A stretch of DNA of 36,283 nucleotides from Bacteroidales bacterium (GTDB taxonomy: Bacteria > Bacteroidota > Bacteroidia > Bacteroidales > PUMT01): NCBI GenBank assembly GCA_007132365.1, contig SLOS01000028.1, positions 1-36,283 of the forward strand. Direction: 5' to 3'. A program made the position numbers and the translations under genes. Numbering within the stretch: the first letter of the stretch is position 1; the number at the start of each line of letters is the position of its first letter. Positions 35,416 to 36,283 of the stretch are shown here, in pieces. The notes under the pieces were generated by a model, which searched no databases, was not told where the DNA came from, and worked only from the letters and a program-made list of their open reading frames with translations.

Positions 35416-36283
35416 ATGGACAACCTGAGGAATATCACAATCTCATTATTTCTGTTGATTTTAACCAGCGTGCTAAATGCCTCCCTGGTTCCGGGGAGCC
35501 TGATATGTGAAAACCTCCGCAATCCTATGGCGGTTGATATTCTCCGGCCGCGCCTGTCATGGATAAATATCTCACCGGATAACATCCGGGGGCAACATCA
35601 GACGGCTTATGAGATAAGGGTTGCCGGCAGCCTTGAAAACCTGCAGTCCGGCATTGGCGACCTGTGGAACAGCGGCAGGGTTGCCTCCGGCGAATCGGTC
35701 AATATCGTTTATGGCGGGAAGCCATTGCAATCACGGCAGGACTGCTGGTGGCAGGTAAGGGTATGGGACCGGCACGGGGAGGTGTCGGACTGGAGCGAGC
35801 CTGCTTTCTGGAGCATGGGGCTCCTGGAGCAAGAAGAGTGGATTGCCGGCTGGATAGGCGCCCCCTGGCAGGATGAAACACCCCTGCCCCGGCCACGGCG
35901 TCCGGGCCGCAACTATTTTTTTGACCCTGACAACCCCTCAGAGGATCTGCCCCCCCCCGCCCCTTTGCTGCGAAAAAGCTTTCCGGTGGCCAAAGAGGTT
36001 GCATCGGCCCGCGCCTATGTTACCGGGCTCGGTTATTTCGAGCTTTACCTGAATGGTGAAAAAGTAGGTGATGATATAATGGTGCCTAATGTCACACTTT
36101 ATGATAAGCGGGATGACCTGGGAGAAATCGGGGTGATGATTGAGGATAACTTCAGGGAATACCGGGTGATGTACCTGGCCTATGATATAACTGATCTGCT
36201 GAACCGGGGCGAAAATGTTATCGGGGCAATGCTCGGGAACGGCTTTTTCAACCCGGCAAATTACTGGTCCGGCGGTTACGGCA
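35416..36283 (+). CDS. Glycoside hydrolase family 78 alpha-L-rhamnosidase, 3'-truncated by the window edge
   Basis: Absent from the ORF track because it has no stop in the window. My hand translation from the ATG at 35416 is open to the end: MDNLRNITISLFLLILTSVLNA (signal), then CENLRNPMAVDILRPRLSWINISPDNIRGQHQTAYEIRVA...DLWNSGRVASGESVNIVYGGKPLQSRQDCWWQVRVWD...EPAFWSMGLLEQEEWIAGWIG...ARAYVTGLGYFELYLNGEKVGDD. This is the canonical GH78 N-terminal pattern. Confidence 0.85.
   Translation, partial: MDNLRNITISLFLLILTSVLNASLVPGSLICENLRNPMAVDILRPRLSWINISPDNIRGQHQTAYEIRVAGSLENLQSGIGDLWNSGRVASGESVNIVYGGKPLQSRQDCWWQVRVWDRHGEVSDWSEPAFWSMGLLEQEEWIAGWIGAPWQDETPLPRPRRPGRNYFFDPDNPSEDLPPPAPLLRKSFPVAKEVASARAYVTGLGYFELYLNGEKVGDDIMVPNVTLYDKRDDLGEIGVMIEDNFREYRVMYLAYDITDLLNRGENVIGAMLGNGFFNPANYWSGGYG

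Noticed and set aside
35388-35585. 65-aa minus-strand ORF
   Set aside because: It is antisense to the signal peptide and N-terminus of the rhamnosidase gene, whose translation has clear family motifs.
35664-36004. Three overlapping 67-101-aa ORFs on both strands
   Set aside because: They lie in a locally GC-rich part of the GH78 rhamnosidase gene. Their Arg/Gly/Pro-rich products are alternative-frame shadows.

Overview
The window reads as a chromosomal, mostly housekeeping segment of a Bacteroidota genome. The lineage call rests on gldK/L/M/N with porP, a DUF4270 lipoprotein next to a half-length glycogen-synthase-like gene, TAnnTTTG-type -7 boxes and weak Shine-Dalgarno usage. I count 31 protein-coding genes, two of them cut by the window edges: metG at the 5' end, and a GH78 alpha-L-rhamnosidase at the 3' end that the ORF track misses because it has no stop in the window. 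I found no rRNA, tRNA, CRISPR array, transposase or integrase.

Main blocks:
- A contiguous WbpE/D/B/A-like pathway for a di-N-acetylated uronic acid sugar, followed by galE and rfbB.
- The conserved glmS / DUF4270 / short GT5 / panCD / radA neighbourhood.
- PBP1A and topA.
- The type IX secretion / gliding motor core porP-gldKLMN, preceded by an arginase-fold protein that appears to have lost its metal ligands.
- mlaEF, followed by a perfect 10-bp x 6 tandem repeat and an uncharacterised pair: a P-loop NTPase overlapping a roughly 10-TM membrane protein.

That last module plus its repeat is the least explained part of the window and my best candidate for something undescribed. All family calls come from motif recognition by eye, not database searches.
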